Translations under genes and position numbers: made by a program
The notes under the pieces: model-generated
Database searches by the model: none
Told to the model about the DNA's origin: nothing
The model's input: only the letters and a program-made list of their open reading frames with translations
Source: an uncultured virus (IMG/VR IMGVR_UViG_3300046167_000525)
Lineage: Duplodnaviria; Heunggongvirae; Uroviricota; Caudoviricetes; Crassvirales
IMG/VR virus record: IMGVR_UViG_3300046167_000525
Strand: one strand, 5' to 3'
Length of the DNA: 64,000 nucleotides
Part shown: positions 28,809 to 36,724 of the stretch, piece after piece
Position numbering within the stretch: the first letter of the stretch is position 1
Layout: the number at the start of each line of letters is the position of its first letter

Positions 28809-30164
28809 CTACCCTATCTTCTGCACCAAAACTCTAACGCTATTAGTTGGTGTTGCAGCAAATGTAATTGTTGCTTCAGAAGTAGATCCTCTTTCAACAT
28901 CTGCATAAACAGTTTCGTCAGTCGTTACATCGTAAAGCTGTATAATAACATCTTTAGTTCCTAAGCTATGAGTTATAGTTGCCGTATCTGTTATTGTTAC
29001 CGCGTATGTGTTTGAAGAATTTGTGTCCGTGTTTGTTACAGTTGCCGTACCTGATGCATAAGCTACACTTATACCAGTGCCGGCATTTACATTACCAATA
29101 CCTACCGTTGTAAGATCCGCAAGGTCAACGTTATTTTGTACTGTTGTCCATTCTGCTAATGTGGTTGGCGCATTATTGTTAGCTATAAGCACATCGCCTA
29201 CTCTTACTTGCTCTGTGAAGAATAAACCATCTGCTGTAACCGTATATGTCCATCCAGTTTTAATAGCTGAACTCGGTGAAGAATCTAAGTCTGGTGTATT
29301 TGTTGCCGCATCATATCCACCTTGATAGCTTAATGCTCCTGTTACTGCTTGATCAACATAATGCTTTGAAGCCGCGTCTGTATCAGCTGACGGTACTTGT
29401 GGTATTGTTAACTGACCAGCAACACTTGATTGCCCGGTTCCAGACACTGTTAATTCGCCCACTAGATCTATACTATCATCTAAATTTACTGTTACCGTAT
29501 CGGTTGCACCTACAACTGTGGTTATATTAGCACCTCCGGCTATATCTAAAGTATTACCGCTATCTATTGTTTGATCAGTTCCTGAATCAGCTGTTACACT
29601 AAACGTATAAGCTTCAGCGGAGGGCATTGTAACTGTTTTAACATTTAAAGCAGTTATGTGACCTGTTGTATTTGTTGTTACAGAATCTACAACTGTAAAC
29701 GTACCTGCGTAACCAGGAGAGCCTGTAGATGTTGTATCTGTTCTAGTTGTTAAATCGTGATTAACAATAGGTACTGGCCCTGTTTGATCTGTTACATTTA
29801 TATAAGTACCTCCCTGTACTTCAGTTACATCTCCAAAAGGAATTGTTGCCCATGTATTATCTTTAGTTAAAAACCTAGACGCTGAAGTAGAAGTGCCATC
29901 AACCGCTGATAAGTCTACAGTATATGCTCTTTTTATCGATGTTCCTCCATTAGTCAGACTTACAAATGTACCGTTTGCAAAATCAGTTTGAACTAAACTA
30001 ACCCAAGTGTCAGTTGCATTGGAGTAGTACTTAGCTATTGTATCGCTACTGTCAAAATATATCTGAGCCGCTGCAGCTGTTGGTGCCGTACCGGTGATAT
30101 GTAGCTTAGCGTTCTGTAATTGATTATCGCTAAGATTAATGTTATTTAAAAAAGGTATTGCCAT
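28809..30164 (-). CDS. Thr-rich virion/tail protein
   Basis: 451 aa; DAASKHYVD fibre-like motif; ITHSLGTKDV C-terminal module. Confidence 0.6.
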   Translation of the reverse strand: MAIPFLNNINLSDNQLQNAKLHITGTAPTAAAAQIYFDSSDTIAKYYSNATDTWVSLVQTDFANGTFVSLTNGGTSIKRAYTVDLSAVDGTSTSASRFLTKDNTWATIPFGDVTEVQGGTYINVTDQTGPVPIVNHDLTTRTDTTSTGSPGYAGTFTVVDSVTTNTTGHITALNVKTVTMPSAEAYTFSVTADSGTDQTIDSGNTLDIAGGANITTVVGATDTVTVNLDDSIDLVGELTVSGTGQSSVAGQLTIPQVPSADTDAASKHYVDQAVTGALSYQGGYDAATNTPDLDSSPSSAIKTGWTYTVTADGLFFTEQVRVGDVLIANNNAPTTLAEWTTVQNNVDLADLTTVGIGNVNAGTGISVAYASGTATVTNTDTNSSNTYAVTITDTATITHSLGTKDVIIQLYDVTTDETVYADVERGSTSEATITFAATPTNSVRVLVQKIG

Positions 30165-30166
30165 AA

Positions 30167-31024
30167 TTAGTTCATATATGCTTTGCCTGATTCAGCAGAA
30201 GCGAAGGTTATTGTTAAATTGTTTTCATCGATGTATACTATATCTCCGTAACCTTTCTGTCCGGTGGACAAAGCCATAGTTACAGAAGGAAACTTGTCTA
30301 GGTTGTGTTGAACGGTCCACGTTGCACTGGCAGATGCTTGCACAAATGTATACGTTTCGTTCGCTCTAGCCCAAACGTTATCTCCTCGTAGGAATGTAGT
30401 ATTATCAGGCGTACCAGTAGCTGACAATGATGCTGTAACTTCTACGTTACCTGTTTGAGGCGTCGTAGGTGTCATATCTATAAACTCAGTATCAAGAGCT
30501 CTAACACTATCAACACCTGTAGCACCGAGTTCTAAATAAAAGTTTACAAGAGTGTAATAGTGATCCATATCTATAGATCCATTACCTCCTAAATATTCTA
30601 ATGTTAATGTATAAAAGTTAGTTGTACCAATTTGCGTGTACCCTCTCATTATATAATGCCCAAATGAACCTTTACCGGCTATATCTTGGAATAGTACTTG
30701 TTCATCTACTAAATACTCTAAGAAAGGTGAAACAATCTGACCAGAGAGGTCCATGTTTGATATAACTATAGACGTAATACTTGACCAAGGTGTGTCATCA
30801 CCGCTTCCAGCTGCAAAAGCAAAAGTACCTGCTTTAAATGAAGGGTCTTGTACAAACTGATAGTTCATCTGACCGGCAATTGCCACCTTACCGTTTATAT
30901 TCAGGTAGTCCGCTACTGCTTTAGCCGTATACTGCTTCGTTTGTCTATTGACGGAGTCAGTACCTACCCAAGCATCTGTATCAGTTATAGTCTGATCGTA
31001 AGGATATGAATATATTATTGCCAT
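30167..31024 (-). CDS. Virion/tail-associated protein
   Basis: 285 aa; TFLRGDNVW and WTVQHNL motifs similar to those in the neighbouring gene. Confidence 0.55.
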   Translation of the reverse strand: MAIIYSYPYDQTITDTDAWVGTDSVNRQTKQYTAKAVADYLNINGKVAIAGQMNYQFVQDPSFKAGTFAFAAGSGDDTPWSSITSIVISNMDLSGQIVSPFLEYLVDEQVLFQDIAGKGSFGHYIMRGYTQIGTTNFYTLTLEYLGGNGSIDMDHYYTLVNFYLELGATGVDSVRALDTEFIDMTPTTPQTGNVEVTASLSATGTPDNTTFLRGDNVWARANETYTFVQASASATWTVQHNLDKFPSVTMALSTGQKGYGDIVYIDENNLTITFASAESGKAYMN

Positions 31025-31026
31025 GT

Positions 31027-31293
31027 TTATCTTTTATTTTGTCTTCTTTCCGCCTTAGTACCGTCTTTCTTACTCTTACTCTGCGTACCGCCTCGGTTAA
31101 ACGACGCTTTTACACATTTTTTAGTGTTATGGTCGTAATCGTAACCCTTAGGACAATCCTTTCTTTGACTCTCAGCCTTAAATCTCCTTCTCCTGTCGGT
31201 CATAGCGTACTTCTTGTCCCTGATTGCTTTAGCCTTCGCTGCTGCTGGACTTAATTTTTGCTTCGGTCCGCCTTTTCTTCTTGGTTTTGCCAT
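31027..31293 (-). CDS. Small basic protein
   Basis: 88 aa, K/R-rich; first gene after a late promoter motif. Confidence 0.6.
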   Translation of the reverse strand: MAKPRRKGGPKQKLSPAAAKAKAIRDKKYAMTDRRRRFKAESQRKDCPKGYDYDHNTKKCVKASFNRGGTQSKSKKDGTKAERRQNKR

Positions 31294-31319
31294 AATGTTG
31301 TTTTCGTATACATTATATA

Positions 31320-31344
31320 CTTACATGTTATACCTAAATTTTAC
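31320..31344 (-). promoter_or_regulatory. Class-II (middle/late) promoter motif
   Basis: Minus strand GTAAAA-N14-GTAAG upstream of the tail-fibre operon. Confidence 0.55.
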
Positions 31345-31357
31345 AATACTCATAAAC

Positions 31358-31401
31358 GCGACGATAGCCTCTTATTAATATATATAACTAGCTAATGTCA
31401 C
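31358..31401. promoter_or_regulatory. Spaced inverted repeat, copy A
   Basis: GCGACGATAGC-N22-GCTAATGTCAC. Confidence 0.65.
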
Positions 31402-31504
31402 ACTTTATGAAATAAAAAAACGTTGCAAATAGAGAGTGATGGGGTTGCACCTTTACATTACCTCAACAATCCTATAGGAAAACGCGTTTCAAAATTAGGG
31501 GCCC

Positions 31505-31672
31505 CCGGCCTTTTTTTCGGCTTTGGCGCACGGTTTCGGCTTTTTGGTTCGGTTTACGGTGCAGGTTCAGGCTTATGCTATCGGGTCTGGTACTGTGGTG
31601 CGGCTTACTGGCATCTGGATCCTGTATGTTCGGCTTACGGTTGCGGTTTGGCTACGGCTTACGGCTTGCCGT
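31505..31672. repeat. G/T-rich CGGYTT repeat tract
   Basis: Nine CGGYTT hexamers at 31518, 31531, 31537, 31550, 31601, 31631, 31644, 31655 and 31662. Confidence 0.8.
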
Positions 31673-31684
31673 TTGTATAGCATT

Positions 31685-31719
31685 TGTACAAGACGAATAC
31701 GATGGAGATCCGATAATAT
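31685..31719 (+). promoter_or_regulatory. Class-I early promoter motif, copy 1
   Basis: TGTACA-AGACGA-ATACGA-N9-GATAATAT. Confidence 0.8.
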
Positions 31720-31745
31720 AAGTGAATCTAAAATAAATATAAGAT

Positions 31746-31910
31746 ATGAAACCAATAGTAACCAGAATAGATCAACAGATCTACGACAGATACCCAGGAC
31801 AGGTTGACCAGATCAAAGCCTACATCGAGATCATGAAAACAGACTACGACCAGGATCAATTCCTTGAAGAAGATATACTTGAAGACATACTAACTAAATT
31901 AGATATAATA
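31746..31910 (+). CDS. Small early protein (54 aa)
   Basis: Own translation MKPIVTRIDQQIYDRY..; directly after promoter copy 1. Confidence 0.55.
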
Positions 31911-31912
31911 TA

Positions 31913-32053
31913 ATGTACAGATCAGAAATCAGAACCAGACCAGATGGAACCAGTTACGTGCAATGTATCTGGATCGGAGACCAGACTAAGGATCAGACCA
32001 GGGAACAGCAACTGACCTCAGCCCAGCTCAAGGCTTGGAACACGACTGAGTAA
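31913..32053 (+). CDS. Small early protein (46 aa)
   Basis: Own translation MYRSEIRTRPDGTSYVQCIW.. Confidence 0.45.
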   Translation: MYRSEIRTRPDGTSYVQCIWIGDQTKDQTREQQLTSAQLKAWNTTE

Positions 32054-32116
32054 TGCTCAGGACCAAAGGCGCAGCCGAAGGCTGTATAGCACGTATAGCA
32101 TACTACGTATAGCATT

Positions 32117-32151
32117 TTGACAGAGTGAACACGATCTCATTTCGATAATAT
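32117..32151 (+). promoter_or_regulatory. Class-I early promoter motif, copy 2
   Basis: TTGACA-GAGTGA-ACACGA-N9-GATAATAT. Confidence 0.8.
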
Positions 32152-32178
32152 AAGTGAATAACAAATAAAATATAAATT

Positions 32179-32286
32179 ATGAATAACTTAGAAAAATTAT
32201 TAAAAATAGAAAAAATAGTAAATCAAAAAGATCTAAACGAATATATTAAAGTTCTAATAGAAATTGAAAAAGAATATACAAACTAA
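32179..32286 (+). CDS. Small early protein (35 aa)
   Basis: MNNLEKLLKIEKIVNQKDL.. between promoter copies 2 and 3. Confidence 0.45.
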   Translation: MNNLEKLLKIEKIVNQKDLNEYIKVLIEIEKEYTN

Positions 32287-32309
32287 ACACGAAGACAATT
32301 CGATAATAT
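32275..32309 (+). promoter_or_regulatory. Class-I early promoter motif, copy 3
   Basis: TATACA-AACTAA-ACACGA-N9-GATAATAT. Confidence 0.8.
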
Positions 32310-32354
32310 AAGTGAATAACAAATAAAATAATAATAACTAAATAAATTTAAATT

Positions 32355-32693
32355 ATGTCAAATCAAGAATTAATTACAAACGCGATCGCAAACATGTCAA
32401 ACGAAGAAAAAGCGACTATCTTCCCTCCGATCACAAGAGCCAACTTCGTAGTCCGTAAATCATGGCTCGGACGAAATCAAATCATCACTTTCAACACGAA
32501 AGCGACTAAGACAAAGCCAAGTGTCAAAGTAACGTACAATCACGATGAAGTACTGAATCTAATGCTCCCGAAACTAAACATCATGCCATGTTGGATCAAA
32601 CGTGGATACTGGTCACAGTCGACTGATATGCCGGCTAACACGAGACATCTGTCAGATCGTGTAACAATTGAAACTGAGGCTACTGAAAAGTAG
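32355..32693 (+). CDS. Early hypothetical protein
   Basis: 112-aa ORF after promoter copy 3; followed by a hairpin. Confidence 0.75.
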   Translation: MSNQELITNAIANMSNEEKATIFPPITRANFVVRKSWLGRNQIITFNTKATKTKPSVKVTYNHDEVLNLMLPKLNIMPCWIKRGYWSQSTDMPANTRHLSDRVTIETEATEK

Positions 32694-32697
32694 TCTT
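32676..32697 (+). terminator. GAAA-tetraloop hairpin at gene end
   Basis: GAGGCTACT-GAAA-AGTAGTCTT. Confidence 0.5.
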
Positions 32698-32708
32698 AGG
32701 ATCAACCC

Positions 32709-32743
32709 CTGACAACACAAACACGAATAACAAACGATAATAT
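32709..32743 (+). promoter_or_regulatory. Class-I early promoter motif, copy 4
   Basis: CTGACA-ACACAA-ACACGA-N9-GATAATAT. Confidence 0.8.
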
Positions 32744-32763
32744 TAACAAATAAAACAAAAATT

Positions 32764-32859
32764 ATGTATTCAAATTGCTGCGGCTCAGAAGCGAGCTATC
32801 TATCAGACGAGTTATGTGGATCATGCCTGGAATGGGCAGAATTCGATAACGAAGAGTAA
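32764..32859 (+). CDS. Cys-rich micro-protein (31 aa, Zn-ribbon-like)
   Basis: MYSNCCGSEASYLSDELCGSCLEWAEFDNEE. Confidence 0.55.
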   Translation: MYSNCCGSEASYLSDELCGSCLEWAEFDNEE

Positions 32860-32868
32860 ACAAAAAAC

Positions 32869-32913
32869 GTGACAATAGCCTACTATTATATTAATATAAC
32901 AAGCTAACGTCAC
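32869..32913. promoter_or_regulatory. Spaced inverted repeat, copy B
   Basis: GTGACAATAGC-N23-GCTAACGTCAC. Confidence 0.65.
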
Positions 32914-33046
32914 ACTTTTTAACCTTTCCGCTTCGGAAGTTCCGTTGCGAGGCTTGGCCTGGGTATTTTGCTATACACCGGAAGAGTAGACTCCGTCCTA
33001 CGCGACGTTTAAATGCTATACATCACCTAATATGCTACGATCTTAA

Positions 33047-33139
33047 GTGAAAATCACCTAAAAACCTCCACTTTGTAGGCAAATTAACTAAAAAACACTC
33101 TATTTGTAGTGAAATTACCTACTTTTACTCAATAAGAGA
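33047..33139. repeat. Three degenerate 31-bp tandem repeats
   Basis: GTGAAAATCACCTAAAAACCTCCACTTTGTA / GGCAAATTAACTAAAAAACACTCTATTTGTA / GTGAAATTACCTACTTTTACTCAATAAGAGA. Confidence 0.55.
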
Positions 33140-33189
33140 GGTAGTGTTATACTTTCTCTACTATTTTTACTCACTAATATTTATACACC

Positions 33190-33224
33190 TTTACAAAACA
33201 AATACGATCACCTATTGATAATAT
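33190..33224 (+). promoter_or_regulatory. Class-I early promoter motif, copy 5
   Basis: TTTACA-AAACAA-ATACGA-N9-GATAATAT. Confidence 0.8.
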
Positions 33225-33247
33225 ATGTGAATTTAAAAATAATACTT

Positions 33248-33454
33248 ATGAAACCAAAAAATGTTGAATTTATTGAAGAATTTATAGAAATACTAGGTGG
33301 CGACAATTTTTTCCTATGCGACCTGATCGATCAAGAAGAACTATTTACTATGCAAGGTGAGTTAGCCCAACTAATATGTGATCACGCTAACAACGGAACT
33401 TCAGTGGCAAGACATTTAGTACCATTATTACCTAATACATTTAAAGTAGAATAA
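33248..33454 (+). CDS. Early hypothetical protein
   Basis: Start moved to MKPKNV because the track start lies inside the promoter. Confidence 0.6.
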   Translation: MKPKNVEFIEEFIEILGGDNFFLCDLIDQEELFTMQGELAQLICDHANNGTSVARHLVPLLPNTFKVE

Positions 33455-33543
33455 TATGAAAGAATATCACGGATTTAATAGCGAACAAGAGTATGAAGAG
33501 TATGCACAGTTAATGTGGTTAATAAATAATAATCAAGAATAAT

Positions 33544-33765
33544 ATGATGACAATGAAAGAAGTGTGTGCATACGTCGCACAAAAGAGAAAAGCGGATGCT
33601 ATACAACACCGCAAAACAGTAACTCAGGGTGAATATTGCTCAGGGTTGACAGCGAAAGAATACCGAAAAGTGAAAACTAAAGGTAAAGGATCAGGTAGTA
33701 AAGGTAGATCGTTCTCCCACACTAAATTGTGGAATCACTACAACCAACCAGTGACTACAAACTAA
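33544..33765 (+). CDS. Early basic hypothetical protein
   Basis: 73-aa ORF. Confidence 0.6.
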   Translation: MMTMKEVCAYVAQKRKADAIQHRKTVTQGEYCSGLTAKEYRKVKTKGKGSGSKGRSFSHTKLWNHYNQPVTTN

Positions 33766-33788
33766 ATACGATCACCTATTGATAATAT
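33754..33788 (+). promoter_or_regulatory. Class-I early promoter motif, copy 6
   Basis: ACTACA-AACTAA-ATACGA-N9-GATAATAT. Confidence 0.8.
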
Positions 33789-33911
33789 ATACGAAATTAA
33801 AACAATAATAATGAGAAATTTTAAACACAAAGTACTATTTGTACTAAAGCGATCAAACAGAGTATTAACCGATCTTGGCACCGCAGCGGCCTGGGCAATA
33901 AGAAATTAACT

Positions 33912-34166
33912 ATGGAATTATGTGAAAATATAACCGTGAACGGTTGGGAATTTGAACTAGTAAAAAACGATGTAGATGACATATTCTACCAATGTAGAGG
34001 CGAAGTAATGTACGACGACGAACACGATGAAATGCCAGAACCAGGTCTTTGGCGAGCAGCTTTGAAATTAGAGAAAGAATTGTTTGCAGATGGTTTAATT
34101 TGCGAAGCAAATCACAGTGAAAAAGGATGGGTAGAAGTAACAATAAATGTAAATAATGGAGCATAG
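33912..34166 (+). CDS. Early acidic hypothetical protein
   Basis: 84-aa ORF. Confidence 0.65.
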   Translation: MELCENITVNGWEFELVKNDVDDIFYQCRGEVMYDDEHDEMPEPGLWRAALKLEKELFADGLICEANHSEKGWVEVTINVNNGA

Positions 34167-34410
34167 AGGTTATTCATATAAAGAAATTCAAGTAACAAAT
34201 TGGCGAGATGTCACGTCAACAATGTACCAATGTAATGACGTTGATCTACTCAAACACACAGATGTAAGCGTGTTTACAAAGTTCACTGAAAAACGAATGC
34301 AAGAAGCGATCGACTACTACATAGATAATGTAGAGTACCATAAAAGCTTAAAACCATTAACCGAAAAAGCGGTAAAAGATTTTTACAAACTGAATACGAT
34401 TAAAGATTGA
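34156..34410 (+). CDS. Early hypothetical protein
   Basis: 84-aa ORF; stop codon lies inside promoter copy 7. Confidence 0.65.
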   Translation: MEHRGYSYKEIQVTNWRDVTSTMYQCNDVDLLKHTDVSVFTKFTEKRMQEAIDYYIDNVEYHKSLKPLTEKAVKDFYKLNTIKD

Positions 34411-34416
34411 TAATAT
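34382..34416 (+). promoter_or_regulatory. Class-I early promoter motif, copy 7
   Basis: TTTACA-AACTGA-ATACGA-N9-GATAATAT. Confidence 0.8.
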
Positions 34417-34438
34417 ATACGAATCTAAAACTAATATA

Positions 34439-34621
34439 ATGAAAAATACAATTAAATTTATCCACTCAAAACAAATAGTATTAAACGGTAAAGTATATAA
34501 ACCATATCTTGTCGGTGAGTTACCATCAACGTTCGGTTTTATTTACAACGAAGATAAAGATCAAGAAGGTATAACTGAGTGGTTCAACTACAAAGGATTA
34601 ACTTACTTAAAAAAACAATAA
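34439..34621 (+). CDS. Early hypothetical protein
   Basis: 60-aa ORF after promoter copy 7. Confidence 0.65.
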   Translation: MKNTIKFIHSKQIVLNGKVYKPYLVGELPSTFGFIYNEDKDQEGITEWFNYKGLTYLKKQ

Positions 34622-34731
34622 TATGAAGTTAGCAGCGGATCTATTACAAGAATTATCAATGTACATCAACCTCAACTACGAAGATGATTGGTACTTACAA
34701 GAAAAAGTAAATGAATTAAAAACTAGAATAT

Positions 34732-34923
34732 ATGAGCAATAAAAGAAACTTATACGAAATAGCGGAGAGCGTCGCTAACATAACTCTCGAACTAATGGAA
34801 GACAGTATTGACTGGCAACTAGGCGATTATCCCGCCGACGGTGACGACTACAATGCTATACACCAACAAGTAATGCAACGTGCGATCGAAATAATGTACA
34901 AACAAAACACGATCACCCAATGA
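34732..34923 (+). CDS. Early hypothetical protein
   Basis: 63-aa ORF; stop codon lies inside promoter copy 8. Confidence 0.6.
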   Translation: MSNKRNLYEIAESVANITLELMEDSIDWQLGDYPADGDDYNAIHQQVMQRAIEIMYKQNTITQ

Positions 34924-34929
34924 TAATAT
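34895..34929 (+). promoter_or_regulatory. Class-I early promoter motif, copy 8
   Basis: TGTACA-AACAAA-ACACGA-N9-GATAATAT. Confidence 0.8.
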
Positions 34930-34940
34930 AAATGTAATAC

Positions 34941-35010
34941 GGAAGCAAACATCGGTGGACCGGCCGGTATATCTAATGATGAAAATGAGTTAGACGCCGA
35001 TCACGCTTCC
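34941..35010 (+). ncRNA. Candidate structured small RNA upstream of the tRNA
   Basis: Nested stems GGAAGC/GCTTCC, ATCGGTG/CGCCGAT and TCTAAT/GTTAGA; starts 11 nt after the promoter motif. Confidence 0.5.
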
Positions 35011-35024
35011 TTATAAAACTAAAT

Positions 35025-35098
35025 GGCGCGGTGGAGAAGTTGGTTATCTCGCGAGTCTCATAAACTCGAGGTCGAAGGTTCGAATCCTTCCTGCGCAC
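35025..35098 (+). tRNA. tRNA with CAT anticodon (Met, partly initiator-like); CCA not encoded
   Basis: Cloverleaf: D stem GAGA/TCTC, anticodon arm CGAGT-CTCATAA-ACTCG, T arm GAAGG-TTCGAAT-CCTTC. Confidence 0.9.
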
Positions 35099-35118
35099 CT
35101 AATTTAAAATTAAATATT

Positions 35119-35322
35119 ATGAGTAAAACAAAATTTAACGGATTTGAAAAGTATTTCATCCAAACAGCGTTGAGACACGCTATCGAAGAAGCAGAAATAG
35201 ATGTACTAGCTACTGAATCTGAAGGTAAAAGATCATTGTATGCACCCGGTTATTTTACTATGGTAGGTAATGAGATCATTGATAAAGTAAATAGTATGAC
35301 ACTTAAAAAATACCAAGATTAA
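35119..35322 (+). CDS. Early hypothetical protein
   Basis: Start moved to MSKTKF, after the tRNA. Confidence 0.65.
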   Translation: MSKTKFNGFEKYFIQTALRHAIEEAEIDVLATESEGKRSLYAPGYFTMVGNEIIDKVNSMTLKKYQD

Positions 35323-35356
35323 TTACAAATTAAACACGACTACCAATCGATAATAT
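35322..35356 (+). promoter_or_regulatory. Class-I early promoter motif, copy 9
   Basis: ATTACA-AATTAA-ACACGA-N9-GATAATAT. Confidence 0.8.
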
Positions 35357-35380
35357 ATATGAATTTAAAATACAAATAAC

Positions 35381-35614
35381 ATGAGCAATTTACTACAATC
35401 AATTAAACCTAAGTACATTAAACTTATTAATCAAAGTGATTACAAGTTTACGTCAACAAGAATTATTACTAAACTAGAAAGCAGTAAGTTTTACGGTGAG
35501 CTAACTATAAGCGAGATCAGAGATATCTACGATATGTGTAATATAAATGCACTCAGAGTATCAGCGTGGGACTACAGGTTTGGCGATAACATTTTAATAG
35601 ATAGCGATGACTAA
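35381..35614 (+). CDS. Early hypothetical protein
   Basis: 77-aa ORF. Confidence 0.65.
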   Translation: MSNLLQSIKPKYIKLINQSDYKFTSTRIITKLESSKFYGELTISEIRDIYDMCNINALRVSAWDYRFGDNILIDSDD

Positions 35615-35822
35615 ACAAGAACTACAACAACGAGCAAGCGACAAAGCTTTCGCTAAAATGTCTATGCTCTTGATTACGATCGAGCAAAACAAAGAAGATA
35701 TACGTACAGGCAACTACGGAGGTGTTACATCACACGAAATGAATATAGTATTAAACAGTAATAAAATAGAATTAAAGGTGTGGCAATACATCACTAAATT
35801 AATAGAAACAGATGAAGAATAA
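35607..35822 (+). CDS. Early hypothetical protein
   Basis: 71-aa ORF overlapping its neighbours. Confidence 0.65.
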   Translation: MTKQELQQRASDKAFAKMSMLLITIEQNKEDIRTGNYGGVTSHEMNIVLNSNKIELKVWQYITKLIETDEE

Positions 35823-36471
35823 ATATATAACCGACGAGTTAATAACTCAGAGAATGTCCGAGAAAGGTTGGATCGAAGGATGCGACGACGAGCATGCTAG
35901 AAACCAAGTACTTGCACACTATGATTGTGAAATAACAGATCAATGGCAAGACCCTGACTTCAGTATATATGAAGAGTCAACCGCTGATGGTTACTCTGTA
36001 TGGATAGCGACAGATGATGACAAGCATATAAACGTAAGTGAAGATGTTTATTATTACGAGAACGAACTAACAGATGTTGTTTATGATGCTATACATGAAT
36101 ACAGTAATATATACTGTGATAACTATGACTTTATTGAAGATGCTATCACTAGGCACTACGAAGATCTATTATGTAAAATGGAAGACGAAATTATAGATGA
36201 GCTACTTAATGAAGGTTATAACCATAAAATAGTTAACCCTATAAACACGCTACAATATATAGAAATGATCTCTCAAGATTGTAGTTTTTTAGACGGTAGC
36301 TCAAGAGCTATAAATCTAACAGTAGATGAAGACTATAGGTACTTAAACTATGCTAGTCAAATAATTAAAGACAGAGCCAGGTATGAGATTGTAGCTAATC
36401 ATTATGGTCTAACTATCGAAAGAGCTGTTAAAGGTGAAGTAATATTTAAAGAATTAAAAAATGAAAACTAA
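35812..36471 (+). CDS. Highly acidic early protein
   Basis: 219 aa, D/E/Y-rich. Confidence 0.7.
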   Translation: MKNKYITDELITQRMSEKGWIEGCDDEHARNQVLAHYDCEITDQWQDPDFSIYEESTADGYSVWIATDDDKHINVSEDVYYYENELTDVVYDAIHEYSNIYCDNYDFIEDAITRHYEDLLCKMEDEIIDELLNEGYNHKIVNPINTLQYIEMISQDCSFLDGSSRAINLTVDEDYRYLNYASQIIKDRARYEIVANHYGLTIERAVKGEVIFKELKNEN

Positions 36472-36724
36472 AAAACAAACAGTACCTAAATGGTTTAAAG
36501 GAACCATATATGGTGAAGGTGAAACAGTAACCAACCCATTCAGTGGCGAATGCTATACACTCAACGGCCTCGAGCTCTCAATGTACGATTATATTATGGG
36601 TAGCCAATATATATTTGAAGTAGCACCTAAAACTGTTACACCTAAGCAAGTCAGTGAGTTTCAAAAAGCGTTAAACTGGTTTCGTAAAAATAATACAGAA
36701 GCGTACTTCGTGTTGCTTGATTAA
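36461..36724 (+). CDS. Early hypothetical protein
   Basis: 87-aa ORF (VTNPFSGE..EAYFVLLD). Confidence 0.7.
   Translation: MKTKKQTVPKWFKGTIYGEGETVTNPFSGECYTLNGLELSMYDYIMGSQYIFEVAPKTVTPKQVSEFQKALNWFRKNNTEAYFVLLD

Noticed and set aside
31423..31807. ORFs 31423-31680, 31523-31807 and 31573-31755
   Set aside because: They are translations of the CGGYTT repeat tract and promoter, with non-ATG or poor starts and atypical composition
34965..34995. Hammerhead ribozyme in the candidate RNA (TGATGA..GAAA)
   Set aside because: It lacks the CUGAUGA core with a stem II before GAAA; the topology does not fit
35023..35118. N-terminal extension of ORF 35023-35322
   Set aside because: It overlaps the tRNA; ATG 35119 has the typical A/T-rich context
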